Position numbers and translations under genes: made by a program. DNA of 64,000 nucleotides from Lingula anatina (Eukaryota; Animalia; Brachiopoda): NCBI GenBank assembly GCA_051362555.1, contig CM120642.1:21328001-21392000 (forward strand). The letters are read 5' to 3'. The stretch's first letter is position 1; each line of letters starts with the position of its first letter. Below, piece after piece: positions 37,692-52,184 of the stretch. The notes under the pieces are model-generated. The model saw nothing but the letters and a program-made list of their open reading frames with translations, searched no databases and had not been told where the DNA came from.

Positions 37692-40600
37692 TAAAGCTGT
37701 CGAAGAGGAAATACGTCGAAGAGAGCCACGGCCCCGGAAGTATAAATTTGACTGAGAGCTGTCTGAAAAAGAAATTGAAAAACCAAGTTTTCAGCTCACC
37801 TTATCTACACCTGAATAAAGTTGATCAACCATGCCAGGTTAGGAATGGGAGGAAAAAATGTAAAATTCGAACACATGTTCATTCGCCGCCAGTTTTAACT
37901 CGACTGCTGGGGTTATGTGATGGGCGGTAGCACTTGCCAATACTTCCATGTACCAGTGAATAACCAGTTATCATGCACGAATGGTAACAGTTTACTTTAC
38001 GGATGACAGGCCTCAGATGCGAAGCCGACCCTCGCCCCCTCCTCCATCCCCTTTGACGTGGGATTCGGGTACCGCTGAAGAGTACCGAAAAATTTTGGTA
38101 TTTTAGAGGGCTAACGGTGCCATTTGCTACGGTCTAGAACTATGATTAAGCTAGTCAAAATTCTAATACCAAGAGAGGAGTATTGGTGAGGTTTAAGTTT
38201 CAGGAACTGAAGGGGGGGGGGGGGGGGGGGGGGGCAGGACCCCCCTGAAACTCCCCTAAACCCGCCACTGCTAAGGCTGCAGTGTTTTCCCAAAAAGTGT
38301 TAAAGCAATAATAACTCTTCGTTTCGGCCAAAAAATGAATTTTCCTGGAGTAAACAACAATTTTCCCATACTTACCAATGGTTAATGAATCTATTTTTAC
38401 ATTCAAAGTTAGTCCCTGGTTTTTTTCTAAAACGTTTGGTTTTTTGTTAAAATCTCTTAAGAGATTTTAACAGAGTATAGACATCAATGGAGGTCACGTG
38501 GTCTAAAGACAAGTTCAAATATCAGAATAAAAGCTATAACTGCTGTTTTTGTGGTAAAACAGAATATGTTATATTTCTATGAGTTATTCACAAGGTTTTT
38601 ATAGTGAAATATAGGTCTCATACGAAGAGTTATTATCCCTTTAACTTTCGACCAGTTAGCGCTCCCACAAAGAAGAAGAAGAAAAAAAAAAAGAACCAGA
38701 CTGTCCCTTCCTGTGTTGACGTGAAAAAAGTGGGCAGGGGGGCTTTAAAAACACCATTCTTTTTAAAGCCCGCGCTCCGACTGCCTTGGGCATCCGTAGG
38801 TGTGTGAGGAGGGGGCCTTCCCCCAATATATTTGGAAATAAGCCATTGATGTTGTGATTATGTCATGTAAATCAAATATTGGTCTTTAAAATGGAAGATA
38901 GACTGCCTTGTATGAATAAAATTTACCAACCTAGGCGGGACTAGTCTCTGTAGCAGACAGCGTATGTAGTATATTGCTCTCTACAAAAATTGCTCCGTTC
39001 ATGAGAAGACGCGTTACTGTAAACCATGAAAAGACCCAGTTCAATAATAAATGGAACTACTTTTTATATCAACTCTGTATCAATTTCTGATTCCCCATTG
39101 AGTAAATTCTAAATCATTCTTACGTATATGGAGATTAAAATAGATTATGATAAATGAAGAGATAGAGGTTGGACAATAAGAATATAAGAACTATAAGAAC
39201 AATAAATCTTTTACATTAATATATGCGCCTTTGGACAAAAATTCATAGAATGTGCTAGATGAGGCAAAGCAAAGATGCTGTTGTTAATGCTGAATTAATT
39301 TTGTTTATTTAAAAATAGAATAAAATTAATTAGATAAAAAAGTATGTTTTCAAGTAAATATTCGATCAAATATTAATTCTTTTACGGCGTAGCATCCATT
39401 TTATATACATGTATAATGAAAAGATTTTTTACCAGTCTGATGAAATACGGTATGAAATATTGAATGAACAACTTCAATAAATTAAACCAAGAATTTCAAG
39501 TCTTTGATTAAACCAGACCGATTTATTCCACTATTAGTTTATTTATTTCACACGTTATTGAAATCTGGAGTTTTTATACTTATGAAGTACTAACAATATA
39601 CAGCAGATTAAAGCTCGAAAGGTGCTCGAAAGATTGTTAACTCATTGCATAAACTTGTTTTAGTTTTAATTTGTCAGTTTTATCTTATTGTGTAGTTTAT
39701 TTGAAAACAACAGTTTTCACGCACGCTCCTGTCAATATACAGAGACGGGCTACTTATTGCCTCGGCCCTTTATAAGGAACGAACAAAACCGGTAGTTTTT
39801 AATTTTACCTGGTCACTAACATCATTATCTCTGCCTTTTCTCTCCGTAGTTCATGAAAAAAATGACAAGGTTTTACTTTTTATACCATCCGTTTTTTTAA
39901 AATGATCCTAAAAAAATATTATGTCCAGTTCGTATACGAAGTTCAGATTTCGTACGAGCACCAAAGAAAGGATTATGGAGCAACAAACATCGACAACAAC
40001 GCTAATTCATGAATAGTCATTTTACATCATATCCAGAAAAAGAATGACAACTGATTTTAGTACATTTAAAAACGCCTGTGAAAGAACCCGGGATTCTTTC
40101 ACGTTGGTAAATTTCCGTCTCTCTGTTGAAATAAAGAACCCGATGTTTTTTAACGCGCTACAAGAAAAAAAAAGAAAAGAAAATGCCCCCTACCTCCAGA
40201 ATGTTACGACATGTATTGTTATAGACAGGTATGAATCAAATTCAAACAGGATAATTCAGCTTTGATGGAAGCTGTCAAGCGCACACGACTATGAATGACA
40301 GTTTTTTAAACCAAAGTCAAACGCAATTACTACACTCTTCTCTCCGAACATGTAAAAACCCCTATGTCCTTTGATTGACAAGATGCCAATCACATTCATT
40401 AGTTTTGATAGCTGCTGTCAAGTAATAACAGCTTGATTGGCAGGTTATATAAACAAACGTCAATCACAATCATTACACAGTGGATCACTATAGTCGTCGA
40501 ACACGTTTGATTGACAAGGTGCCAATCAAATTCAGTTAGTTTTTATAGTTGCTTCAAGTTATAACAGTTTGATTGGCAGGTTATATAAACAAACGTCAAT

Positions 40601-40858
40601 CATCGCGCACTGTGATTTCTCTCGCTGTGAAACAGTGAGTATGCCAAAAGAGAGCGCTAAAAGAAAAAACCAATTTAAAAAGCAGATTCAAGTAAAGAAA
40701 TATGACATTTGACGTTATTCTGGAAGTAGCGCATGGGTCATTTCAAAATTAGTTCAACTATGTACCCCAGTATGTGCGTGGAAGAAGGAAGAATATATGT
40801 ATTTGCATTATGTGTGGAATATTGACAGGTTCTTTTACTGCCAAAGACTTTCTGCAAA

Positions 40859-40889
<31 letters not shown>

Positions 40890-43800
40890 AACGATACTAG
40901 TTCATCTTCATTAAAGGTGACATTTGTGTTGTGGTTGAGGTAAGTGGTTTCATTTTTGCGGGGCTAAATGTTAGCAAGGACCTGTCATAATAAGATACGT
41001 GGATGGGAAAGAAAAATATAACTGTTAACAAAAATATTACTATCCTATTTAACAAACAAACCGCTACTTCGCTCTTGTAACTATTTTGTTGGTTTATTTT
41101 ACTGCAGTAAAGCGTGGATAAAATAGTTCAAAATGCCCTCACAGTGCCGTTGTTTTTGCGACTTCAGCTGCTGGGGTTAGGTGAAGGGGCGAGGACAGAA
41201 ACCGAAAGGACTAAATCGGCACTGGTTTATTACAACTCTCCAATCCTCCAGTCATTTCAAGCGGTCAATACACGTCTTCAACACATATCATAAATCACAT
41301 GATTATTTGACATGTCAGTACAACACTTTTTTTACACAATTTTATCTTATATAAGAATTTAAAGCCATGCATGTATTTTATTTCCCCGAGAAATGATATT
41401 TTGACATAGGGGGCCCGGTCCATATGTTAAAACTACTTTTCATACGCAGTAATATTCTGACGTTTGTCTTGTCTCAACATGGTTGTGACGTCTACCACAA
41501 AATTGATGGAAATGTGCTAGATGTGACAAGCCGTTGGCCTCCGTAAATGCATATAGTAGGCCATAATAACCGATTTTTAACCATTTACCTAAAATATCTT
41601 GTTAAAGGGTTTTCCTCATCTACTGATACGGGTAGTTGAAATTGTTATATAAAGTTTTTCATGAATCTTTCAAACGTAGTATTACTTGTAAGATATACTA
41701 TCAACAGACAAGACACGATGCATTTTTCACTTGTGTCTTACATGTACGACAAGACACAACACCACATACAATGAGGGATTTTTTATGATTTGGTCACTTA
41801 TTCAGTGGATCCAAGAGGGAGGGGGCCACGTGCCCCTCCTTTTATACCTATAACTTCTGAAATACACATTTTCCCAATCCCACCCCTCTTCCACGCACAT
41901 TTGTACTTCTTCTAGCTATTCTGATCAAAGTAAAATGATATTATAAGTAATTGTAAAGTAAGTTACTCTACTAAATTTGACATCTACTAAAAACAATTTT
42001 TTTACACGCGGTATATTTTGGCTTCTGTCCTGTCTCAACATGGTTGTGACGACAACCACAGATTTCATGGAAATGTGCTAGATGTGACAAGCCCTTGGCA
42101 GCTGTAAATATGTACATATATCAACGGTTTTTAACCATTTATCTCAATAAAGAATATCGTTAAAATATTTTAATGCATGTCTCTTGGCACATTGGTTCCT
42201 CATCTACCGATCAGAAATAACAGAAGACAAATGTAGAATGAAGTTGTTCATAAATCTGTAATAAGAAGTATTACTTGCAATGTACATGTATAATACCATA
42301 GCGCGAGACACAGTGTGTTTTTTATTTGTGTCATACTGCACTGTTTTACATTTGCCGAGCGAAAAGAGACATTTTATCCTATGTCACTCTTCCTCTTTCA
42401 ACACAAAGTCTTAGATCCTCGAGTGATTGTTAATACATCAACTGTGAAATAGGGGAGACCGGGGCTAGTTGGCCCAATTAGACACTTTTGGCCTTGTAGT
42501 ACCAACTAGGAATGAGTTAGAGTAACAGAACCGGTTTCAAAGTAAGCCCCATGAACTAAGCTACGTATCCAACGTCACTATTTTTCAAATATAATGCCAG
42601 ATGGCTCACAATTTGACAAAAAACACAGTTGGCGTCAGGGGGACCAACTTGCCCCGCCACGGGGCAAGTTGGCCCCAGGGTCGGGGCAAGTTGGCCCCCT
42701 ATACGACAATGAAGTAAGTATCCCATATAAATGCCTTGAAATACATTTTTAATTTATTAAATTGATTTTTGAGTCTTTGATGAATAAATAGTTCAAACGA
42801 GGCAAATTTATTGAGGTTTCCGTACGTCACGTTGTAGGGGGGGGGGGGGTATGTGTTGCAAGAACCAAAATATCTATCAATAAAATTTGTTTTGTTTTAA
42901 TTAAGAATAAATTAATAATGGTATAAAGCAGGCTTTTAATGAATGAAAACGAATAATAAATTTTCATTTTAAAAGAAAGTAACAAATTCAGTTTTAAACC
43001 ATTGAGTTTGTTTCAACAATGGTCTCTAGCTCTGTTGCGCGTAAAGGTTTGTGGGTAATACTACATGTAGGTGCCAAAAATAAAACTTAGTTAGCTTGTG
43101 ACCCACCCTAAATTAATGGCTTAATTTTTATGGGTCCACCCCTTTTAGTAGACCAAAAAATGTGCCCCTCCCCACCACTTTCTCCGCCACCACCCAGTAC
43201 TTTATGATGACCATCATTATTATCCCGATCCTCCCCATATCGAAGATTGTCGGCACACTCCATGGACCAAGCCCCTCTATTTCTTTCTATCAACTGCCAT
43301 CCTCGTGACCTCTGTTAAACTTTTTCTTATCCATTTGTAGGCCTATGTTGGTTTTCCGGGGGGCGTCTCGATAGTCCGAAGGTTCATTTGTCCGAAGGTT
43401 CATTGGTCCGAAATTCCACCCAAACCTTGGCCAGCCACGTTTTCTCTTTATTGGGACGCTTAGAAATGTTGATGTTAACAACTCTAATTTTTCCAATCGC
43501 AACTCAATAAAGAGATAGAGCAATTACTTCTTATAAGCACCTCAATATTAGGAATCGTTCATTCATAAAAAAAAGGAAAAAGGATACAGAATAGGTAAAG
43601 GTAAAGTAACAGTGTGCAGAGGGTAAATGTTGTCTGGATAGGGCATACATGTACAACACATTGGAGTATGGGGGGGGGGGGGGGGGGGTACTCACAGGCC
43701 CTTCTGGCTGTTACTAAATTCATAACAGGAACGAGTCGAGCATTGGTTCGTAATTTAAAAAAAAACTCTTGAGGAATACTTGATTTGGTAGCTTCAATTA

Positions 43801-44822
43801 TATTTTACTATTATTAATATTATCAAATTGATTAAATACCAAAATATAGATTAATCAAGATCACCACCTTTGAAATCTCTGGTTTGAGCATCACTTCCTG
43901 TCAGCTTTATTACTAAAGACAATCTAATTTGCATATAAGAGAAAAAAGCAGTTTTTATCTTGTGTTGGGTTCTTTACATATTTTTTCATTATTTTAAAAA
44001 AGCAATGTTCCTTTTTTACTGACACATTTATAGATATTTTATCAATATGTGTAATTTATTAATTATATAATCATAGAAACAACATATTCCAGACGTGTAT
44101 GACGTAATCCCTTCCAAGTCATAAAAGTAGTAAAATAGCGCTGACTGGTGAAGTAGGTCAATTGCCTGTGTAATTCTCCAATACGATTATTGATTTTTTT
44201 GTAACGTGGAACATTTTGGGGGGAGGATGAAGAGAGAGAGGGGTCGAATTACCAAAAATATTGGCATGCCTAGAATAACTACAGGTAAAATATACTGCAA
44301 ATTTAAGAAAAGTAAAAAAACAAGATGCATTCATTCAATTGCAGCGAGTTCAAGTTTACAGATATTATGAGATCTTTGTATTTCATTTGCCTCTCCTTAA
44401 AATGGCGCTGACCGCGTTAACTCTTCCGCTCCCGGGAAACACTGAGAATCCAGCGCCCTGTGGCAGCATAAGACCCGACAACGATACCGGATACGTGCAC
44501 ACAGTAGCTGGGGTGGGTTAGGAGGGGGTTAACCCCCCCCTCCCCCATACACACAGATTTCCAACCACACGTCAGTATTCAGCGGAGAGAGTGTGGTGGA
44601 CTAACATTATATACTTTCCCTCAGCTCGAGGAAGACAGTACCAGGGACACTCAGGTAAACTGTTTGAGATGTGGTCAGCAGTGAACTCGATGCGATGGTC
44701 AGTGTCACTGGGTTATATTGATATTATTATATATACATCTATTTGGTATCAGTGCTATGTTTATATATCATTAGTATCTTTCTGGGATCAGGCATGGGAT
44801 TTCTGTCACCAGATTTCTGTTA

Positions 44823-45260
44823 GGCCACACTTTTTTATTTTTATGGATGACATCCTCTGGGGACCCCAAAATCGGTGCGAGCGGGCGAAAAAAAAAAAAA
44901 AAAAAACAGTCCAAAAAAAAAAAAAAAAAAAAAAAAACTGCTTAAGAAAAGTTATGTTTTCAGTACACAGCTGGAAACACTAATTTACCACAGAAACACG
45001 TATCAAACTAACAACATGTCTTTATCCATGCTCTCAAAATATTAAAGCATTGTGAATAGGGCCTACGTAGAAAGGTAAAAAGTCATGAATATATATATGC
45101 TGCATATTACCAAATCTATTTAAGGTTATTTCATGCATTCTGTTGGTATAGCAATCAATAAAACAAATATCAAATAAACAGTCTTTATTTATTTATTTTT
45201 TTTTTGGAGAATGGACGAAAATCGATGCGCGCACAGGATGTCATCCAAAAAAGTGTGGCC
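44823..45260. mobile_element. MITE with TTA TSD (PIF/Harbinger- or Zator-like)
   Basis: TTA|GGCCACACTTTTTT...GGATGACATCCT on the left and AGGATGTCATCC AAAAAAGTGTGGCC|TTA on the right. Confidence 0.8.
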
Positions 45261-46419
45261 TTATGTCTAAAAATTCGCTCTGGGACTCTGTGCAGATAGG
45301 ATGTAAAAATCAGTGTACGGAGAGGAATAGAAACCCTGAAACACTTTTCCATGTTTTGAAATCAACATATTCAATTCTAGGTCGGCAAAACTGTTTACTT
45401 TTGAAATGCATTCTTTTATTTTGGTGAAAAAAATAAAAATAAAAATATTTAACCAGTACACTAACACATGTAGCTGTATTGTCACATGCCTGTGGACAGC
45501 GTCCAGATAGATAGCCACAGTTTACACCTAATGACAGCATCCAGGTCTTGGAATAGAAATTATAGTTAGGAAATTTTGACATAATTATATTTTAATGTTT
45601 TGATGCAGGAATATCACTTTGCTTCAGTTATCCTACACATGTACACGTATTTTGTTGACAAGAAAAACTTAGTTTGATTTCTTTCTACAGCAGACTTAAA
45701 TTTGACCTTGTTTGATTTATATTTATTGCTATATCAGCAAAAAAATTGTAAATGGAGAAGTAATTTGCTTTTTAAAAATGATATAATTGTTTAGATAAAC
45801 TTTTTTAAAAATTCAACTTCTTAATTTTCAGGAAGTTGACTCTACATAGCAGTGTTGATGTTTGTGACAAAATGATAGATGCAGATGTGTTGAATCCATT
45901 GTTTGCTCTGCAAAAAGAAGTAAGTGCATGCTCTTTATCTAAAAAATAATGTCTTATTTTCAATAAATTGTTATAAATTTTGTAAAAGGTGCTGAAATGT
46001 CAAACTTATTATAAAATGCAGAAAACTTCTATACAACCTATACAATATGGGTCAAAGTTACAAGGGAAGGAAATCATTATGGTCACTTTAGCACCGTATA
46101 ACACCAGATAGAACTTTGTCTCACATTGGTTTCTCTTGTTGTGTTAAAAAATGAGCATTTAAATAGCAATAATTGCTGTTTTATAATGGGAAGACATTGG
46201 AAATTATGATTTCAACTGTTGCTGTTGTAGTATACATAAGGACCATTCAGAATGAGAAGAGCCGAGTGCTAGCCAGGCCATGAATTAAATATGGCAGACC
46301 TACATGAAAGGAAGACCGCTTAATCCTGTAATGGTCTCTCCACCTCCCACAGACCTCCCCATGCATCATCCTTGCAGGGCCACAGTTATTTATTCTCGGT
46401 TCATTTCAACCAGTTACAG

Positions 46420-46775
46420 TTGCATTATGGGAATACATTGAGCATTGTGACATCAACAATTGCATTTGCTTTATGAGAATACATTGAGCATTGTGACATC
46501 AACAATTGCAGTTGCATTATGGGAATACATTGAGCATTGTGACATCAACAATTGCAGTTGCATTATGGGAAGACATTGAACATTGTGACATCAACAATTG
46601 CAGTTGCATTATGGAAAGACATTGAACATTGTGACATCAACAATTGCAGTTGCATTATGGGAATACATTGAGCATTGTGACATCAACAATTGCAGTTGCA
46701 TTATGGGAAATACATTGAGCATTTCAACATCAACAGCTGCTGCTGTATTTTGGTAAGAGATTGAACATTGAGACA
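46420..46775. repeat. 46-bp minisatellite (block 1)
   Basis: Unit attatgggaatacattgagcattgtgacatcaacaattgcagttgc, about 7 copies. Confidence 0.9.
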
Positions 46776-47454
46776 TCAGCAAGTGGTGGTATATATTATT
46801 AGGAATACATTGCTTTTTTCACTTGCTTATTATAATATATTATTCAATCAGATTGTTTCTTTGAATTTATTATTTTTACTGTTTTATGTACAGACACATC
46901 ATGCCTGTATATGTAGCCATCACCTGTCTCTGTTGTTGCTGTCCCCAATATTTCTGTCGTCGCTGTGCACTCACTGTCAACATGATATTATTAAGTGGAA
47001 AACTGGTAGATCTTTTGTCTTCCTTCAAGCTTGCAGAACTGATGAACATTCGTGATATACAGGCAGAATTCGAAAACCGCCATGAGCCCACCAGTTTTTT
47101 CAAAAATTTTTTCACTTTTTTCAACATGTATGCAATACAGGCAACACATTTCATGGAAAACTGATAAGCCTTTTGTTTTCAAACTTACCAGTGTTACTAG
47201 AATACAGGTTGAATCTGAAAATCCACTTATTCAAACTATTCTTCTGGAAGTAATGCTGATATATTTTTTTTCAGTATTTTTTATGCTGTATGCAACACTG
47301 ACAATACACTTCAAGGAAATCCAATAATATTGTCTTCAAACTTTCAGGAGTGATCAATATTATTTTAATGCTTTTTTTGCTTAAATTATAATATATGCTG
47401 TACATATAACACATTTCAAACTAAAAGGACTGATTCATACAGGCCAACTCTAAA

Positions 47455-47906
47455 ATCAGCTTGATGGAACCATTTTTCTTGGATTTGTGTGGTTTTTTTG
47501 TTTTATTTCTCGGCATATAATATATGGAATAAAGATAACAGAGATACACCCATAGTTACTATTGAACTTGAATAAGAAGTCATATACTGGCAATCTAACT
47601 GTGATCTTAAAATTGACTTTTGACCTTCTTTTCTCCATGAATCACAGTTCACAAATTTGGATTTCAACTTTTACTCTTCCCCATGATTTTGTTTTAAATT
47701 GTTATTTTCAATAAAAAATATCTAGAACTCTTGTTTATTATTGCATCAAAATTGACAAAATGACCTATTTTCTGCATCTTTATTTTCTGTTTTTTGTATG
47801 TACATTTCACAGCTTTGCTGCCTTGTTCTTGGTTTTCCATACTAATGCGCTTTCTCCAGCTGGTGGTACAACATCTGGAGGTGGTATCACCTCTCTAATC
47901 CTCTAG
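47455..47906 (+). mobile_element. 3' portion of a plus-strand copy of the 8763-12667 HINE family
   Basis: Reverse complement of one 146-bp unit, then ctccagctggtggtac, hairpin gaggtg-gtat-cacctc and CTAG|tt. Confidence 0.8.
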
Positions 47907-50179
47907 TTAAAAGAGTGTATGTGTTTGTGTGTATGTGTGTGGAAAATTCCATTTTTTACATCATGGTATTTTCAAAGTGTGACTATGAACTTCAGTGGGC
48001 CTGAAGAACTTAGGTATTTAGAAATGATACTAGCTATCATCTGCAGAGCATCATTAAAATTGGTGGTGATTATACTGTTAAGCTTTAAGTAGTGTGGTAT
48101 CAAAATTGAAGAAAACCCTTTTTTGGGCACTGCCTCAGTAGTGGCCATTTAAGGTAAACCAAATACTTATTCTCAAACCTACAGAAAGGAAACATACGGC
48201 TAAAATACAGCTTGTCAGCTTGTCACCATAAAGGCAATAAAAGCAAAACAGTTACGTGTGTCTTATTTTTGAACTTATAAAAGTTATACTTAGAATTGAT
48301 GTGCAGCTCGAATTAGAGAATCGGAGAACTTGATTGGATTATTTATCTTGAATTTATGCATTTTTTGAGAAATTTTCATTTTTGCATATTAAATGTGTGA
48401 GTCTGCACTGTCATGGACCTGAAGTTGGTCATCTATTCTTAATATGTGTGTTACCTACAGTGCATAATTAGAATTTGGTGCTGGTTTTGCTGTTAAGCAT
48501 TATGTAATATTTCATCAAAACTGACAATGTATCACAAATTCCTTTATGTTGCAGCCATTATTTTCACTCTACTGTCAAGTTTTAAAAATGGAAATAAACT
48601 CATAACATTGCAGTTTCTCAGATTCAATCATTCACTGTGTTCAGAATCTCAGAATGGAGGAAATTGGACATTTAACACTTTTCTATTGGTATTTTCCCCA
48701 TCTCATCAATTTTCTTAGTTGGTCATATAAAAATGACAGTAAACTGTTAATTTTGTTTTATGTTAAAAAATTGTTAAAAATGGAAAAAAATAAACCCATG
48801 TCAGAACAGTGCTGTCTTGTTTACATTTTGGCATTTTCAAGGTGTGACTTTGAAGTTCCATTGGCCTGAAGACCTTTGCTATTCACATTTTCTGAATATC
48901 CATGTTACTAATATTCTATTATAAAAATTGATGGTCATTATGCTGTTAAACATTATGTAATGTTGCATCAAAATTTGAAGAAACCCCTATTTTGGGCACT
49001 GCTCCCATGATGACCATTTAAGGAAAACCATCTCACTTACTGTTCTCAAACTTCAGTAAAGAAACATGGGACTATATGTTGTTTGCTGTATCTGTAGAAT
49101 TTACATTCCATATTTTACCAGAATAAGAGTTTATTTTACTATCTTAGCAACGGAGGTTAGGTAAAACTGTAGTGTGAATTATGCGATCATTTAAACCGTT
49201 CAGAATGTCTGGTGGTATTGTAAAACATCATTTGCTCTTCCCAGAAGAGCGGGGTGGATCAGGTAGTTTCTAGATAATCTTTTCAAAACTTATCCAGATT
49301 TTGTTGTTGGCCACTTAAACATATTATTGCACTTGCCACATTTTGTTAAAAACTTACCATACAAGCACAGTAAAATTGTTCGAGTCAATTTCTGTTATTT
49401 GTCCAATATAAGATGGTAAGGTGCATATAAGATGCATGTAACTGAGGATTAGCTTCACTGATTAATACACTGGTACATAATGTATAAACATTGTTTCCCA
49501 TTAGGTATGAAATGGCAGGTTAACAGGCATGACATGGAAGCCATCAGCACTTAGTATGCTGCAGCTGTCATTACTGGTATCAACCTGGAAGTTGAAAAAG
49601 AGTATTTATAAGATAAGAAAAAACAGAATAATAATTTACTAAATGAATAAAATACAAATGTATAAATTTGGGACTCTTTTGCCCTGTAATAGCGCCATTA
49701 TCCTGAAAATGTATGCCAAAAGTTTTACCTTCATAGTGTCATTTATGACCTTCCAGATTAGATTTCTAAATTGGACTTTATAATTGGTACATTTCAACAA
49801 CCTTTGATTATTACATTATATTTCTGCTGTTTTCTTTCAATCCAGATAAGTTACATTTGGATACCTTGTATGTATAACATTGAAGTACCTTGTATTACTT
49901 TTGACTAGGATAGTATTATATTACAGTTTGTAGATAAACAGGAATTAAGGTGAACCACTATATGTAGAATGTGTAGCATTCTAATGGGTAGATAGTGAGT
50001 TATTGCAGAGCATAGATCATGGAAACCAGTTCAGAATGTCTCAGTATTGTCTGCAGATCACCATGCTGTACTTGTCTTCCAACTATGGTATCAGTGCACG
50101 TACTATTAACTTTCTAGAAAATAAAGTTTATTTAACTAGATATATTGGTTTGCATGGTCAGTCTTCAGTTGTCCCTTGT

Positions 50180-50542
50180 CAGACATGCTGAAACTGTCGG
50201 TCCCATCGGTCATGACCGGGAAAATTTGTCTGGACCGGTAGAAAATTGGACTTGGTCGGTCCAAAGGACTGACAAGAGTTTTAAGAACCGCAATTTTGAA
50301 TTTACAGTCATCTTTCAACATACTTCACTAATAAAATTATATAAAACCCAAAGCGTTTTTTCCCTTCCATTTCAAACCTATCACATTAACAAACAAAGTA
50401 AGCTACCTTAATCGTACTGGTAGCATCTGTCTCAAAGGAATAGAGTGATTTTCAGTCCGACAAAAGTCCATTCGGTCTGTCAAATTTTTCATTACTGACG
50501 GTCCAAATGTCCGGCCATTCTGAAAAGTTTTCAGCATGTCTG
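50180..50542. mobile_element. MITE with CAG termini and a 6-bp TSD
   Basis: TIR CAGACATGCTGAAA, flanked by CCTTGT on both sides. Confidence 0.82.
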
Positions 50543-50756
50543 CCTTGTGGATAATTAATACTAGCTGCAAACTAATAACTTAGAATTTCTTAAATGCCAT
50601 ATTAAGTAATGTTCCAAAATTGACTTACAATAGGACTACTAGTAAATTACAGCTTGAATTAGAAAATCAGCTGCATTGGATTCTTTTTCTGGAAGTACCC
50701 ACTAATGCAGTTTTTTGTTGAATTTTCATTTTTCACATATTGGCATTTTCAATGTG

Positions 50757-51128
50757 GGACTTGGAACTCTCAGAGGCATGAAGCTGTATGGTAGTTACAC
50801 TTAGAACTCTCAGAGGCATGAAGCTGTATGGTAGTTACACTTAGAACTATCAGAGGCATGAAGCTGTATGGTAGTTACACTTAGAACTCTCAGAGGCATG
50901 AAGCTGTATGGTAGTTACACTTAGAACTGTCAGAGGCATGAAGCTGTATGGTAGTTACATGTACACTTGGAACTCTCAGAGGCATGAAGCTGTATGGTAG
51001 TTGCACTTAGAACTCTCAGAAGCATGAAGCTGTATGGTAGTTACACTTAGAACTATCAGAGGCATGAAGCTGATATGGTAGTTACACTTAGGACTCTCAG
51101 AGGCATGAAGCTGTATGGTAGTTACACT
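50757..51128. repeat. 40-bp minisatellite (~9 copies)
   Basis: Unit cacttagaactctcagaggcatgaagctgtatggtagtta; period 40 (50761, 50801, 50841, 50881). Confidence 0.95.
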
Positions 51129-52184
51129 CTCTCAATGTCCAAGGAGATAATTAAAAATTGGTGATGATTATGCTGTTAATCATTATATGATATTGCAAGG
51201 AAATTGTCAACAACAAAAAAGAAAGCTGTTACTTTCTAACTTACAAGAATGATTCTTACAACTGATATACAGCTCAAATTGGAAAACCAGCTTGATTGGA
51301 ATTTTTCTTGTCTGAAACTTTCATTTTTCTCATTCCGGCATATTTCAGTTTGTGAATTTGCATTCTCATGGGCATTATGCCAGCTACATATTCCTTACAT
51401 CCATAACCTTTTTATGGATCATTTTCTGCTTTTTATGTACAGACACAGTTTTGTCTGTACATACAGCCGTCACCTGCATCTGCCGTTGCTGTCATCGCTG
51501 TTGTCGCCATGGTCGCCATCGTTGCCGTGCACTTTCAGTGATAACATGATAAGTAAAAAACAGATTTACCTTTTGGCTTTAAACTTACAGAACTGATGAC
51601 TATTCATAAAATGCAGGTCAGCATGATGAGGCCATTTTTTCAAAAGTTATGCTGTTTTTTTTTTTTTTTTTTTTTTTCAGCATATATGCAGCACTGAAAA
51701 CTGTTAGGCCTTTTGTTTTGAAACTGTATATTTATCAGCTTTGCTCTGTAGTTTTAATTATTTTTTTTCAAATGACAAATGCAAGTAAGTTTTAATTGTT
51801 TTATTTCTTTGAATTTTAGTGCATGGAAAAGGATGTGTTACTGGGTATATTGTCAAAAAAGGAGAAGATGGACTTCGAGAACTGATATGATACACTGTAA
51901 GATGAGCTATCTAGTAAGATTGCAGTTTCATTCAGTCATCCCATACTACAGTGCTGTTATCTGATGTGCTTTACAAAGTGTAGCTGCCCAAACCATCTCA
52001 GAGCTTTTACTACTGTATAGCCTGTAGAATGTGTCAAGGTCATGAGGAAGGACAGGTAAGAAAATCATTTTGGTTACTTTACCACCTTATAATACCAGAT
52101 AGAACTTTGCCTCATATTGTGTCCAATTTGGTATTTCTTGTTGTTGGAAATTTATTGAGAATTTAAACAACAGCAAGTGCTTAT

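Larger units (their letters stand above)
44625..52055 (+). pseudogene. HEATR3: Decayed partial duplicate of a HEATR3 (Syo1)-like gene, three exon remnants
   Basis: Exon ending 44654 (..RKTVPGTLR, phase 2), exon 45832-45919 (KLTLHSSVDVCDKMIDADVLNPLFALQKE, ttttcag|...|gtaagt) and exon 51820-52055 (CMEKDVLL... then stop). Spliced, this resembles human HEATR3 [39 protein letters not shown] as recalled from memory. No N-terminus or downstream exons seen. Confidence 0.6.
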
